A DNA stretch of 64,000 nt from an uncultured Chloroflexia bacterium (GTDB lineage: Bacteria; Chloroflexota; Chloroflexia; QHBQ01; JADMIH01). The stretch is taken from assembly GCA_963797095.1 (NCBI GenBank), contig CAWCNY010000002.1:608001-672000 (forward strand), written 5' to 3'. Below the pieces are notes generated by a model. It was given only the letters and a program-made list of their open reading frames with translations. It did no database searches and was not told the origin of the DNA. Shown here piece after piece: positions 33,825-42,786 of the stretch. Within the stretch, counting starts at the first letter, position 1. Every line of letters begins with the position of its first letter. A program made the translations under genes and the position numbers.

Positions 33825-34967
33825 CTATATGACCCCGGTGGGCACGAGATACCAGTATGCTTTGTTGAAAGCCATCTTCTGCCAGTGAACGATAGTGGTC
33901 GGCTCGTGCACCTGGGGTGCTCTGTTATAGTCAAAGTCGAGCATGCTGGCCTTGTCGTAGCCAGCCTCCAGGAAGCACATAACGTGTCCTTCGTACTCCG
34001 CATGCTTGGGGTCGACCTCTGTGCCCCGCACTTCCGCCACGATCTGCTCCACCACCACGGGTGCTTCGAAGTGCGCCGTGCTACCCGCCTTGCTGATCGG
34101 TAGGTCGGTGGCATCGCCCAAAGCCCACATGTTGGGGTGGTCCTTTACCCGCAAGCTCGACCTGTCCGTCTTGATCCACCCCTGTGCATCGGCGATCGGG
34201 TGCCCTTGCAGGAAGGCGGCTCCCCTGTGCGGGGGCACCATCACCAGCAGGTCATAATGCAGGTCTGTGCCCTCCATGCTGCGCGCTATCTTCTCCTCGG
34301 GCAGCACCTCGTCCAGGTTGAAGAAGGTTTCGATCTGCACCCCACGCTTCTCAAGCATAGGCTGGGCAACCTCGGCCACCGACTCGATGGTGAACACACG
34401 GTTGAGCGGGAATGTGTATGTGATCTCCGAGCGGTTCCGAATGCCGCGCTTGGTCAGATACTCTTCCAGCAGGAACGTGAACTCCAGTGGAGCCACGGGG
34501 CACTTATACGGTAGCCCGCCCACACCGACTACCACCCGCCCGCCTGAAAACTCCTCAAGAGCGGCATGCAACTCCCAGGCGGCCTCTTCCGTGTAGAAAT
34601 GGTGCCCGCCTTCCGCCAGTCCCGGAATATCGGTTGGTGTGGGTGTCGACCCGGTCGCGATGACCAGGTAGTCGTAGTCGATGTCGCGTGTGTCGTCCAG
34701 CCTCACCGTCTGCTTCTCGGTGTCGAGGCCCGTGACGTTGCCGTGCAGTAGCTGCACCTTCTTGTTCAGCAGGTGTCGCTCCGATCTGCTCAGCTTGCGG
34801 GGGTCCTGTCTCCCGAACGGCACGTAGAGCCATCCGGGCTGGTACAGGTGGCGGTTGCTTGAGCTAATCACGCTGATGCGCGCTTCTGAGCCCTTCAGCT
34901 TCTTCGCGAGCAGGTTCGCCGCCAGCGTTCCGCCCGTGCCCCCGCCGACTATCACTATTCGTTTCAT
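33825..34967 (-). CDS. Sulfide:quinone oxidoreductase-like flavoprotein (short, type III-like)
   Basis: Motifs VGGGTGG, YQPG, YKCPVAPLE, LGDATDLPISKAGS and CFLEAG. Next to TusA/DsrE genes. Confidence 0.88.
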   Translation of the reverse strand: MKRIVIVGGGTGGTLAANLLAKKLKGSEARISVISSSNRHLYQPGWLYVPFGRQDPRKLSRSERHLLNKKVQLLHGNVTGLDTEKQTVRLDDTRDIDYDYLVIATGSTPTPTDIPGLAEGGHHFYTEEAAWELHAALEEFSGGRVVVGVGGLPYKCPVAPLEFTFLLEEYLTKRGIRNRSEITYTFPLNRVFTIESVAEVAQPMLEKRGVQIETFFNLDEVLPEEKIARSMEGTDLHYDLLVMVPPHRGAAFLQGHPIADAQGWIKTDRSSLRVKDHPNMWALGDATDLPISKAGSTAHFEAPVVVEQIVAEVRGTEVDPKHAEYEGHVMCFLEAGYDKASMLDFDYNRAPQVHEPTTIVHWQKMAFNKAYWYLVPTGVI

Positions 34968-34983
34968 GGCTTGTTACTCCGAT

Positions 34984-35223
34984 CTACTTGATCTTGCGCA
35001 CGATGAAGCGTGTGCCGCCCTCGGTAGGCTCCGAGCCAATGTATTCTTGCCCGGCTTTCTGCACCCATGCCGGTATATCTTTCTTGCTTCCTTCGTCGCC
35101 AGATATGACCGCCAGCACCTCACCCACGTGAGCCATCCTTATGTTGCGGATAAGCTCCATCAAAGGCCCAGGGCAGAAGCTGCCGCGAGCATCTATCTCT
35201 TTTGTGATTCTGATTACTTCCAT
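34984..35223 (-). CDS. TusA-family sulfur carrier
   Basis: Motif IDARGSFCPGP. Confidence 0.92.
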   Translation of the reverse strand: MEVIRITKEIDARGSFCPGPLMELIRNIRMAHVGEVLAVISGDEGSKKDIPAWVQKAGQEYIGSEPTEGGTRFIVRKIK

Positions 35224-35264
35224 TGAATTCTCCTCATAAAATGCTATGCCAATTGTGTCTCAGG

Positions 35265-35684
35265 CTAGATGAACAGCGTAGTGCCGCCTTCGGCATCCTC
35301 CACGAATGTCGCGACGCCGGTCACTTCGCTGACCACCGGCTCCAGGTCTTCCAGCTTAATGTTGAACAACTCCATGGTGGCGCTGCACGCCTTGATAGTG
35401 ACGTTGCCAATCTCCATAGCCGTCTGCAAGGTCTCCATCCAGGGCGGTACATTCTTGGCCTTCATCATTTCCATGGCAGGCCCTGCATAATCCTCGAAAT
35501 CCTTGCTGAAGCGCTTATTGGTCTTCCAGTCGTCTTTGCGGAAGGCCACCACGCCCCAGAAGGTGAGGAACAGCGTTACTTCTTTGTCCATCGCCGCGGC
35601 CCCGCTCACCAGCGTCGCCGCCGCCACCAACTTGTCAACAGTGCCGGAAAAGAGCACTATCGAGAACTTCTCTTTGTCTTCCAC
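35265..35684 (-). CDS. DsrE/DrsE2-family sulfurtransferase
   Basis: Motifs SIVLFSGTVDK, LFLTFWG, KACSATM and GVATF. Confidence 0.9.
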   Translation of the reverse strand: MEDKEKFSIVLFSGTVDKLVAAATLVSGAAAMDKEVTLFLTFWGVVAFRKDDWKTNKRFSKDFEDYAGPAMEMMKAKNVPPWMETLQTAMEIGNVTIKACSATMELFNIKLEDLEPVVSEVTGVATFVEDAEGGTTLFI

Positions 35685-35786
35685 TTCTTTGGGTCCTTTC
35701 TAAGTCTTGCGCCCGGCGGCAGGCCATAGTTACTCACACCGCCGGTATTCTGCGGTATAGTCTCAATTTCCCATTGTCTGTCGTGT

Positions 35787-36368
35787 CTAGAACGTCAGGG
35801 AGATAGCGTTCTCGGCTGCGAACTCCAGGAATGTGGCCGCCCCGCCGATCTCCACACTATCGATCAAATCTTCCTTCTTGACTCCCATCACGTCCATCGT
35901 CATCTGGCAGGCTATCAACTTTACGCCCATCTCCTGGGCCATCTCCAACAGCTCGCTCAGCTTGGCGACGTTGGCTTTCTTCATCCAGTTGTTCATCATC
36001 GCGGTCGCCATGTGCGTCATACCCGGCAGCATACCGACTATATTGGGCACCGGCACCGGCATAGCGGGGTTGGCGATGGGGGCCACCTGGAGGTGGTCTG
36101 CCTTGCCCTTCTTCACGATGTCCAGTCCGTAGAACGTGAAGAAGATGGTAACTTCCATGTCCATGGCCGCTGCCGCCGTGGCGAGGATCAATGGCGGGTA
36201 CGCCAAGTCCAGCGTGCCGTGCAGCGCGATGATCGCGAGCCTGTTGGCGGTTTGTGGTTTTACAGGCTGTGGCTGCGGGTAGGGCCGAATCTCCGGCTCG
36301 CCTCTCAATTCCGCGACCAACTCGGACTCAATAGGCTTGGTGGTTGTGGGTGCTTCTTGGGTAATCAT
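35787..36368 (-). CDS. DsrE2-family sulfurtransferase
   Basis: Motifs GTLDLAYPPLILATAAAA, FFTFYG, IACQMTMDVM and GGAATFL. Confidence 0.92.
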   Translation of the reverse strand: MITQEAPTTTKPIESELVAELRGEPEIRPYPQPQPVKPQTANRLAIIALHGTLDLAYPPLILATAAAAMDMEVTIFFTFYGLDIVKKGKADHLQVAPIANPAMPVPVPNIVGMLPGMTHMATAMMNNWMKKANVAKLSELLEMAQEMGVKLIACQMTMDVMGVKKEDLIDSVEIGGAATFLEFAAENAISLTF

Positions 36369-36384
36369 TTGCAGCCTCCTATCG

Positions 36385-36630
36385 TTACTGCGCCTTCTGA
36401 ATGAAGAATATATACTTGCCGCCTTCCTGCTCCGACCCGATGAGGGTATGGCCGGTCTTTCGAGTGAAAGCCGCCACGTCGCTCACTGAGCCGGGATCGG
36501 TGGCGATCAACTTGAGCACCTGCCCCGCCTGCAACCCGTCGATAGCCTTCTTCGTTTTGAGGATCGGCATCGGGCAGGCCAGGCCGGTGCAATCGAGCAC
36601 CTGATCCGGAACCGTAGTTATCGTTGACAT
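36385..36630 (-). CDS. TusA-family sulfur carrier
   Basis: Motif LDCTGLACPMPI...ATDPGS. Confidence 0.93.
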   Translation of the reverse strand: MSTITTVPDQVLDCTGLACPMPILKTKKAIDGLQAGQVLKLIATDPGSVSDVAAFTRKTGHTLIGSEQEGGKYIFFIQKAQ

Positions 36631-36671
36631 CGTTCGTACTCCTTTCCGGCAGCGCCGGTAATATCAGCCTC

Positions 36672-37433
36672 TTAGCCTTCGATTATGCTCATAGCCGCGA
36701 TAGTGTGTAGCCTCTCCATGAGGTCGGCACGCTCGCGCGAGACCTCTTCAAGAGTATGAGCCATGCTTTTGAGCCAGCTTCCAAGCTGCGCCTGCTTGTG
36801 CTCGTCCAATGTCTGTATCGAGCAGGCAGCTTCGTTCAGTTCCTCAGGGTCAAGCCCGTATTCCCGGGCCAGCCGGGTGCACCGCCCCGCTTCTTCCTCC
36901 GGATCGGGCGTTTGCGTGTAGAATTGCCCCGCCACAATCGTGGCCGCCGGCGTGCCTTTCAACTCGATGGGTGCGCCGGCGTACTGCAACCCGGCGTGGC
37001 AAGTTGCGACTCTAGGCTCGGGGTCTATCCTGTTCGCTAGCCTGCGCCACGAAACGGCACACGCTTGCCGTCCCTTCTCGGTGGAGCGGATGATCTCACA
37101 GAAGCGGCACGAGTTGCTGATCTCGGTCAATGGCTCGCCGCCGAGGTCTGTCGTTACGGCCCCTACCTCGGTGATTTCACCGAACACATTCTGGATCATC
37201 TGGACGCAATGAATTGGGAGCGCCTGGGTGGCGTCGCTGTGGCCGTTGCCTCCCGATGCGGTCTGAGAAGGGCGCGAGCCGAAAAGAAAAGAAGTCACCT
37301 CAGTGCGCGAGAAGCGCCACTGGTGACCTATCTTCACCCCCGCAAGCCTGCCATCCTTGAGCATCCGGTAGACAGTAAGCCGGTCTACCTTGAGCAGGTC
37401 TTGTACCTCTTTGACCGTGAGTAGCTCTTCCAT
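36672..37433 (-). CDS. Transcription regulator: excisionase/MerR-like HTH (HTH_17) fused to a PocR sensor domain
   Basis: N-terminus LLTVKEVQDLLKVDRLTVYRMLKDGRLAGVKIGHQWRF; C-terminus CRFCEIIRST..G..AC, CHAGL and AGQF. Confidence 0.88.
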   Translation of the reverse strand: MEELLTVKEVQDLLKVDRLTVYRMLKDGRLAGVKIGHQWRFSRTEVTSFLFGSRPSQTASGGNGHSDATQALPIHCVQMIQNVFGEITEVGAVTTDLGGEPLTEISNSCRFCEIIRSTEKGRQACAVSWRRLANRIDPEPRVATCHAGLQYAGAPIELKGTPAATIVAGQFYTQTPDPEEEAGRCTRLAREYGLDPEELNEAACSIQTLDEHKQAQLGSWLKSMAHTLEEVSRERADLMERLHTIAAMSIIEG

Positions 37434-37491
37434 TCGTGACCTTTCCGCCGGGCTTGATATATCAACATATATCAGCATGTATCACAAACTC

Positions 37492-37545
37492 ACTATGACT
37501 CGGGGAGGTAAACGCCAGGGTTGCCGAGGGGTTAATAAAGGTGTC
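37492..37545 (-). promoter_or_regulatory. Phased-box promoter (HTH-PocR/sulfur-relay operon)
   Basis: Minus strand GACACC, TTAACC, GCAACC, TTTACC spaced 10-11-12, then N9, CATAGT. Confidence 0.7.
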
Positions 37546-37751
37546 AGTTTACGGTGCCTCGCCCGCCGCTCGAACTCGATAGCTCCATGATGAACTGGCT
37601 TTGGCGCTGGCACTTTCCTTGCAAGCTACTTATACTTCTGATACTCTGTCGTCATATTAGTTAGGTTGCGTCCTTCATTTTCCCATGCTCAACCCTACGC
37701 TTTTATTTGGAGATTTGCTCCAGGAGGACGCTTGTTGATTAGGAGGCCACT

Positions 37752-40700
37752 ATGGTGAAAAAGATGGGCGTGCGCCACTTTGAATTTCACGTATCGCGCC
37801 AGTCACGCGACCACTACCAGTTCGACCAGTTCTTTTATCAATTGACCGGGAATGTTATCTTCGCTAATTTTCATGCTGCCCGTGTTTTTGCCCAGCGCAT
37901 GAACGAAAAACGAGATCTCGCCAACTATCCTGAGCAGGCCGTCCGCGCCGGCCAGGTCAACGCCATGGGCCTGATCGACGAAATCTCGCACTTGCTGGTC
38001 GAATACTACCGGCAGCAGGTCAACCCCAATATCATTAGCGATGCGTTGGAGGCCCTTGACTCCAGGTTTGGTCCGGACGCGGTTGACCGCGTGATAGAGC
38101 GTTTCGCTGATGAGTTCCCCGCGCTGGCCGTTTACAGGCGCGAGCAAAGCCTGATCGACTGGCTTCAGGGCGAAACTGACGGCTTTTCTAACCGCGAAAT
38201 CGCCCTCGAAGAGACTTTAATGCTCTGGCTCTCCAACATGAACCCCGCCTTTTCACCTTACATGGAGCTGTTCGACGATCAGAGTCTGGAGAAGCGTACT
38301 ATTTACCCCCAGCTCTTCCCTGCCCTTCGCGAATACTTTGCTGGGCAGCCCGGCTTCGGCCCAGGGGGTGAAAACCTGCTCGATGCGTTGCGTGCCCCCG
38401 CCCTTGCCGCTCCTCACTCATTGACAGCCCAACTTGAGTACATCCGCCAGAGCTGGGGGTTCATGCTCAGCAAAGCTCTCTATCGCCTGCTTGGCAGCCT
38501 CGACCTGATCCAGGAGGAGGAAAAGGCGATCTTCGCGGGTGGCGGTCCCGGCCCTTCCGAGGTGTACGAGTTCGCGGGCCTGGAGGCCGACCCGGAGCGT
38601 TACACCATGGACCGCGAATGGATGCCTCGTCTTGTGCTCATCGCCAAGAACGCCTATGTATGGCTCGACCAGCTTTCCCGCTTTTACGGGCGGCCAATTA
38701 CCACCCTCGACCAGGTGCCCGATGAAGAACTGGACCGTCTGGCTCGCTACGGTTTCACCGGCCTCTGGCTGATAGGCCTCTGGGAGCGCAGCCATGCTTC
38801 CAAGACAATCAAGCAGCTCATGGGCAACGCTGATGCTGTCGCTTCTGCCTACTCCCTGCTCGACTACCGGATCGCGGACGACCTCGGCGGCGAGGAAGCC
38901 GTGAACAACCTGCGCCGGCGCGCCTGGGCCAGGGGCATCCGCCTCGCCAGCGATATGGTGCCCAACCACATGGGCATCGACTCGACCTGGGTTATGGAGC
39001 ACCCTGATTGGTTCGTCCAGGCGCCCTACAGCCCCTTCCCTTCCTACAACTTCAACGGGCCAAACCTCTCCCCTGATGGCCGAGTCGGCATCTACCTGGA
39101 AGATCACTACTTCGACCGCACCGATGCGGCTGTGGTCTTCAAGCGCGTCGATCACAACACGGGCGAAACGCGCTATATCTATCACGGCAACGACGGTACG
39201 AGCATGCCCTGGAACGACACCGCCCAGCTTAACTATCTCATGCCGGAGGTGCGCGAGGCCGTCATCCAGACCATCCTCAATGTGGCTCGCCAGTTCCCGG
39301 TAATCCGGTTCGACGCGGCCATGACTCTCGCCAAGCGGCACGTCCAGCGCCTCTGGTTCCCTGAGCCAGGCACAGGCGGCGCGATCGCTTCGCGCTCTGA
39401 TTTCGCCATGACCAAGCAGCAGTTCGACGAGCTAATGCCCCAGGAGTTCTGGCGCGAGGTAGTCGACCGTGCCGCCGTCGAAGCGCCCGACACCCTCCTG
39501 CTGGCCGAGGCATTCTGGATGCTCGAAGGCTACTTCGTGCGCACTCTTGGTATGCACCGCGTCTACAACAGCGCCTTCATGAACATGATCCGCGACGAGG
39601 AGAACGCCAAGTACCGCACCCTGATTAAAAACACCCTTGAGTTCGACCCTGAGATCCTCAAGCGCTACGTCAACTTCATGAACAACCCCGACGAGCGTAC
39701 CGCCGTTGACCAGTTCGGCAAGGGCGATAAGTACTTCGGCGTCTGCACCCTCATGGTCACCCTGCCCGGCCTCCCCATGATCGGCCACGGCCAGATAGAG
39801 GGCTTCGCCGAGAAGTACGGCATGGAGTACCGCCGCGCCTACTGGGACGAAAGCCCCGACCCCTGGCTCGTCGAGCGCCACGAGCGCGAGATCGTGCCTC
39901 TGCTGCACAAGCGCTACCTCTTCGCGGGCGTCGAGAACTATCTCCTCTACGATTTCTTTGCTACCGACGGCTCGGTCAACGAGGATGTGTTCGCCTATTC
40001 TAACCGCGCCAACGACGAGCGTTCTCTTGTCGTGATCCATAACAAGTTCGCCACGGCTCGCGGGTGGGCCCGTTCATCTGTGCCTTTCTCGGTCAAGACC
40101 GGCAACGGCGACGAGCGCACCATACAACATCGCAGCCTTGGCGAGGGTTTGGCTATCAACCCCGGCGCCAACCTCTTCACGATCTTCCGCGATCAGGCGA
40201 CCGGCCTCGAATATATCAGGTCCAATACCGAGCTGCGTGACCGGGGTCTTTACCTTGAGCTTGGTGCGTATAAAACGCACGTTTTCCTCGATTTCCACGA
40301 GGTGCAAGACAACGAATGGAACCACTACCGCAACCTCGTTGATTATCTGAACGGGCAGGGCGTGCCCAGCATAGACGAAGCCCTGCGCGAAACGTTCCTG
40401 CAGCCGATCTATGCCCCTTATCGCGAACTGGTCAACGCCGACCTCTTCAGGCGCATAATCGCGCAACGAACACCCGCTGACGATAAGGACGATAAGCAGG
40501 TAAGCGAAACCAACGACCGAGAGGCCCTGCTGGACGAAGTAGAGCAGAAGATGCTCCGCCTCGCGCAAGAGGTCAAGTCGTACACCCAGGGCAGCGGCGA
40601 TGCGGAAGCCCTCGCGAAAGAGGTTCGCGCCCAACTGGAAACACTCCTTGACTTCGACAACCTGCCTGTGGGCGCTGGCAAGGCAAGTGCATCAACCTAT

Positions 40701-41303
40701 GCATCCGCCGTCGAAAGCATCCGTGCGGGCCTCGGCAGCGATGATTGGACCTGGGGCGCGCTCCTTGCCTGGTTATTCACCCACTCGCTGGGTAAACTCG
40801 TCACCGAGACCGATTTCGCGGGTCAAAGCCGAAGCTGGGTGGACGAGTGGTTGCTGCGCAAGATCATCACCGAAACCCTCAAGAACCTGGGTGCCGACGA
40901 AGCAACCGCCGCGCGTGGCATCTTGCTGGTCAACGCCCTGATCAGCCAGCAGCAAAGCCTCACCACCCTGAAAGGAGAATCAAAGCCTGCCTACTGCGCT
41001 CTCGAAGCGTGGCTCAGGGACGACGATGTGCGTGGCTTCATCCAGGTGAACCGCTACCAGAACGTGCTCTGGTACAACAAGGAGGCCTTCGACCAGTTGC
41101 TCGGTCTGATGCTGCTGGTATCCCTCATCGACCAGGCCCGTCAACCCGATCAGAAGCCAGCGGATCTTGCCAGGGAGATTAAGGACCTCCAGGCGATTAT
41201 CAGCGCCCTGCAACAGGCGCAGTCAGAATCCGCCTACCGTATAGACAACCTTCTCGCCGCCGCACGAGGCGATAAACCCGCGTTGGCCTCGCCGCTGGCC
41301 TAG
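37752..41303 (+). CDS. Large GH13 alpha-amylase-family protein
   Basis: Motifs SDMVPNH, IRFDAAM, LAEAFW and NNPDE. AGGAGG RBS. A canonical TTGCAA-N17-TACTCT promoter lies upstream. Confidence 0.88.
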   Translation: MVKKMGVRHFEFHVSRQSRDHYQFDQFFYQLTGNVIFANFHAARVFAQRMNEKRDLANYPEQAVRAGQVNAMGLIDEISHLLVEYYRQQVNPNIISDALEALDSRFGPDAVDRVIERFADEFPALAVYRREQSLIDWLQGETDGFSNREIALEETLMLWLSNMNPAFSPYMELFDDQSLEKRTIYPQLFPALREYFAGQPGFGPGGENLLDALRAPALAAPHSLTAQLEYIRQSWGFMLSKALYRLLGSLDLIQEEEKAIFAGGGPGPSEVYEFAGLEADPERYTMDREWMPRLVLIAKNAYVWLDQLSRFYGRPITTLDQVPDEELDRLARYGFTGLWLIGLWERSHASKTIKQLMGNADAVASAYSLLDYRIADDLGGEEAVNNLRRRAWARGIRLASDMVPNHMGIDSTWVMEHPDWFVQAPYSPFPSYNFNGPNLSPDGRVGIYLEDHYFDRTDAAVVFKRVDHNTGETRYIYHGNDGTSMPWNDTAQLNYLMPEVREAVIQTILNVARQFPVIRFDAAMTLAKRHVQRLWFPEPGTGGAIASRSDFAMTKQQFDELMPQEFWREVVDRAAVEAPDTLLLAEAFWMLEGYFVRTLGMHRVYNSAFMNMIRDEENAKYRTLIKNTLEFDPEILKRYVNFMNNPDERTAVDQFGKGDKYFGVCTLMVTLPGLPMIGHGQIEGFAEKYGMEYRRAYWDESPDPWLVERHEREIVPLLHKRYLFAGVENYLLYDFFATDGSVNEDVFAYSNRANDERSLVVIHNKFATARGWARSSVPFSVKTGNGDERTIQHRSLGEGLAINPGANLFTIFRDQATGLEYIRSNTELRDRGLYLELGAYKTHVFLDFHEVQDNEWNHYRNLVDYLNGQGVPSIDEALRETFLQPIYAPYRELVNADLFRRIIAQRTPADDKDDKQVSETNDREALLDEVEQKMLRLAQEVKSYTQGSGDAEALAKEVRAQLETLLDFDNLPVGAGKASASTYASAVESIRAGLGSDDWTWGALLAWLFTHSLGKLVTETDFAGQSRSWVDEWLLRKIITETLKNLGADEATAARGILLVNALISQQQSLTTLKGESKPAYCALEAWLRDDDVRGFIQVNRYQNVLWYNKEAFDQLLGLMLLVSLIDQARQPDQKPADLAREIKDLQAIISALQQAQSESAYRIDNLLAAARGDKPALASPLA

Positions 41304-41448
41304 CCGTTCGCAAGAAGTCTGTAGGGGCGAGGCATGCCTGCCCTTTACCCCGTCACGCCAAGCCTTAGCACATCCCCAACGTGACACCCTTCGCCCCTGG
41401 CTGCCCCACCCATGCCCTCATCTGATCAATCGCTGAACTTGCGAGTGC

Positions 41449-42324
41449 TCAACCAGGGCGGTTCAAGGGCTTGATATGCGGCTCTACAATCATCGCGACC
41501 TTGAGTGACCACTGTACTATATCTTCCGCATGTTCCGCGTCGATGAGCACTGACCACCAACTCGCGTTCAGGCAGGCGTAAGCATAGGTGTACGCTAGCA
41601 CGCGCTGTAGGTCGATTGCCAGCGTGTCTGCCAGGATTACAGCGTTGGTCAGCAGCCGGGCTTCGTTGTGCACCAGTTCGGGCATCACCGGGTTGCAGAG
41701 TGTGTTGGCGCAGTCGTAGGTGCGCTCGCCAATCAAGCCCTTCGGGTCGAAGGCCAGCCAGCCGCGCGATGAGTAGCGGATGTTGCGGTGGTGGATATCA
41801 CCGTGCAGCACTCGGACCTCGCGCTGGTCAGTGAGCAACCGCTCGGCCACGGCGGCGCCTCGCACATAGATAGACTCCCTGCCTGCTTGCCTGTCCGCCT
41901 GCGCTTTGTCGAACAACTCCCCAAACCAGCGTTCGAGCCTGAAGAGGCCGTTGCGTGGGGCATCAGCTGGGGGTTCCTGCGGAACGCTGTGAAGTTGCTT
42001 GATCACTTGCGCGATGATACGCGTAGCGTTTTCGTCTTCACCGCGCGCGACTAGCGTCACGAGTTCGTCACCTGCAGCGTACTCCAGTAGGTGCGCGCCT
42101 TCGTCGTAACGCAGTAGGCGGACCGCCCCACGACCATCAAAGTAGCGCAGCGCCAATGCGCCGGTCTGCTCCTTCGTCTCCGACGAAGAGAGCAGTTTAA
42201 GGACAACCGTCTCGTTCTCGTGGGTGACAGTGTAGATGCTAATTGTCGGCGTCTGGGTGAGAAGCTGCGGATTCGATAGATTCCATGCGACTAGGTAGCA
42301 GCTCAGATCTTTGCTATCGCTCGT
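41449..42324 (-). CDS. APH(6)/StrB-like aminoglycoside/hydroxyurea phosphotransferase; no canonical start codon
   Basis: Motifs LHGDIHHRN and FDPKGL.GER.YD. The frame stays open upstream of the called TTG (YLVAWNLSNPQLL...VVLKLL) back to ACG at 42324. Confidence 0.8.
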   Translation of the reverse strand, partial: TSDSKDLSCYLVAWNLSNPQLLTQTPTISIYTVTHENETVVLKLLSSSETKEQTGALALRYFDGRGAVRLLRYDEGAHLLEYAAGDELVTLVARGEDENATRIIAQVIKQLHSVPQEPPADAPRNGLFRLERWFGELFDKAQADRQAGRESIYVRGAAVAERLLTDQREVRVLHGDIHHRNIRYSSRGWLAFDPKGLIGERTYDCANTLCNPVMPELVHNEARLLTNAVILADTLAIDLQRVLAYTYAYACLNASWWSVLIDAEHAEDIVQWSLKVAMIVEPHIKPLNRPG

Positions 42325-42503
42325 GGTTGCGATAATAATAGCATCAAAGTGCTAAAGTTGTCGGTCGTGCTGGTTCCCCCAACCTCGGTTGGGGGAATGA
42401 GAGGAGAACGACCGGAGAACCACTGACAGATGGTTTAGCGTCGAACCTGCCGGGTAGGCGGACCACATCACTGCAGCCCGCCCCCGCATTACCACCCAAG
42501 CCA

Positions 42504-42710
42504 AGTCCCGAAGGGACGTAAGAGCATAGCCCAGGGCGCAAGCCCTGCGGAAGCGTAAGCCCCCCAGCTAATAGTCCCGAAGGGACGTAAGAGAGTAGCC
42601 CAGGGCGTAAGCCCTGTGGTAAGCCCAAGAAAATGCCAAAGCCCCGTAGGGGCGTAAGAACAGCACTCCGATCTGTTTGATACAATGCTCTTACGTCCCT
42701 TCGGGACTAT
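42504..42710. repeat. REP/BIME-like palindrome cluster
   Basis: Units AGTCCCGAAGGGACG and TAGCCCAGGGCG(C/T)AAGCCCTG, with an inverted terminal copy TTACGTCCCTTCGGGACTA. Confidence 0.85.
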
Positions 42711-42786
42711 ATGGGGCGTCGTTCCATCGGGGCAACCTCTGGTGGTGCCCCTAGCCCTTACTATTGCACCTTACTTGGTGTGCACG

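Noticed and set aside
36672-37433. Prophage/ICE excisionase marking a mobile element
   Set aside because: The HTH is fused to a PocR sensor, and there is no integrase, att site or phage gene in the window.
42504-42710. CRISPR array
   Set aside because: Units are degenerate, irregularly spaced, partly inverted and dispersed, and there are no cas genes. This fits REP-like repeats.
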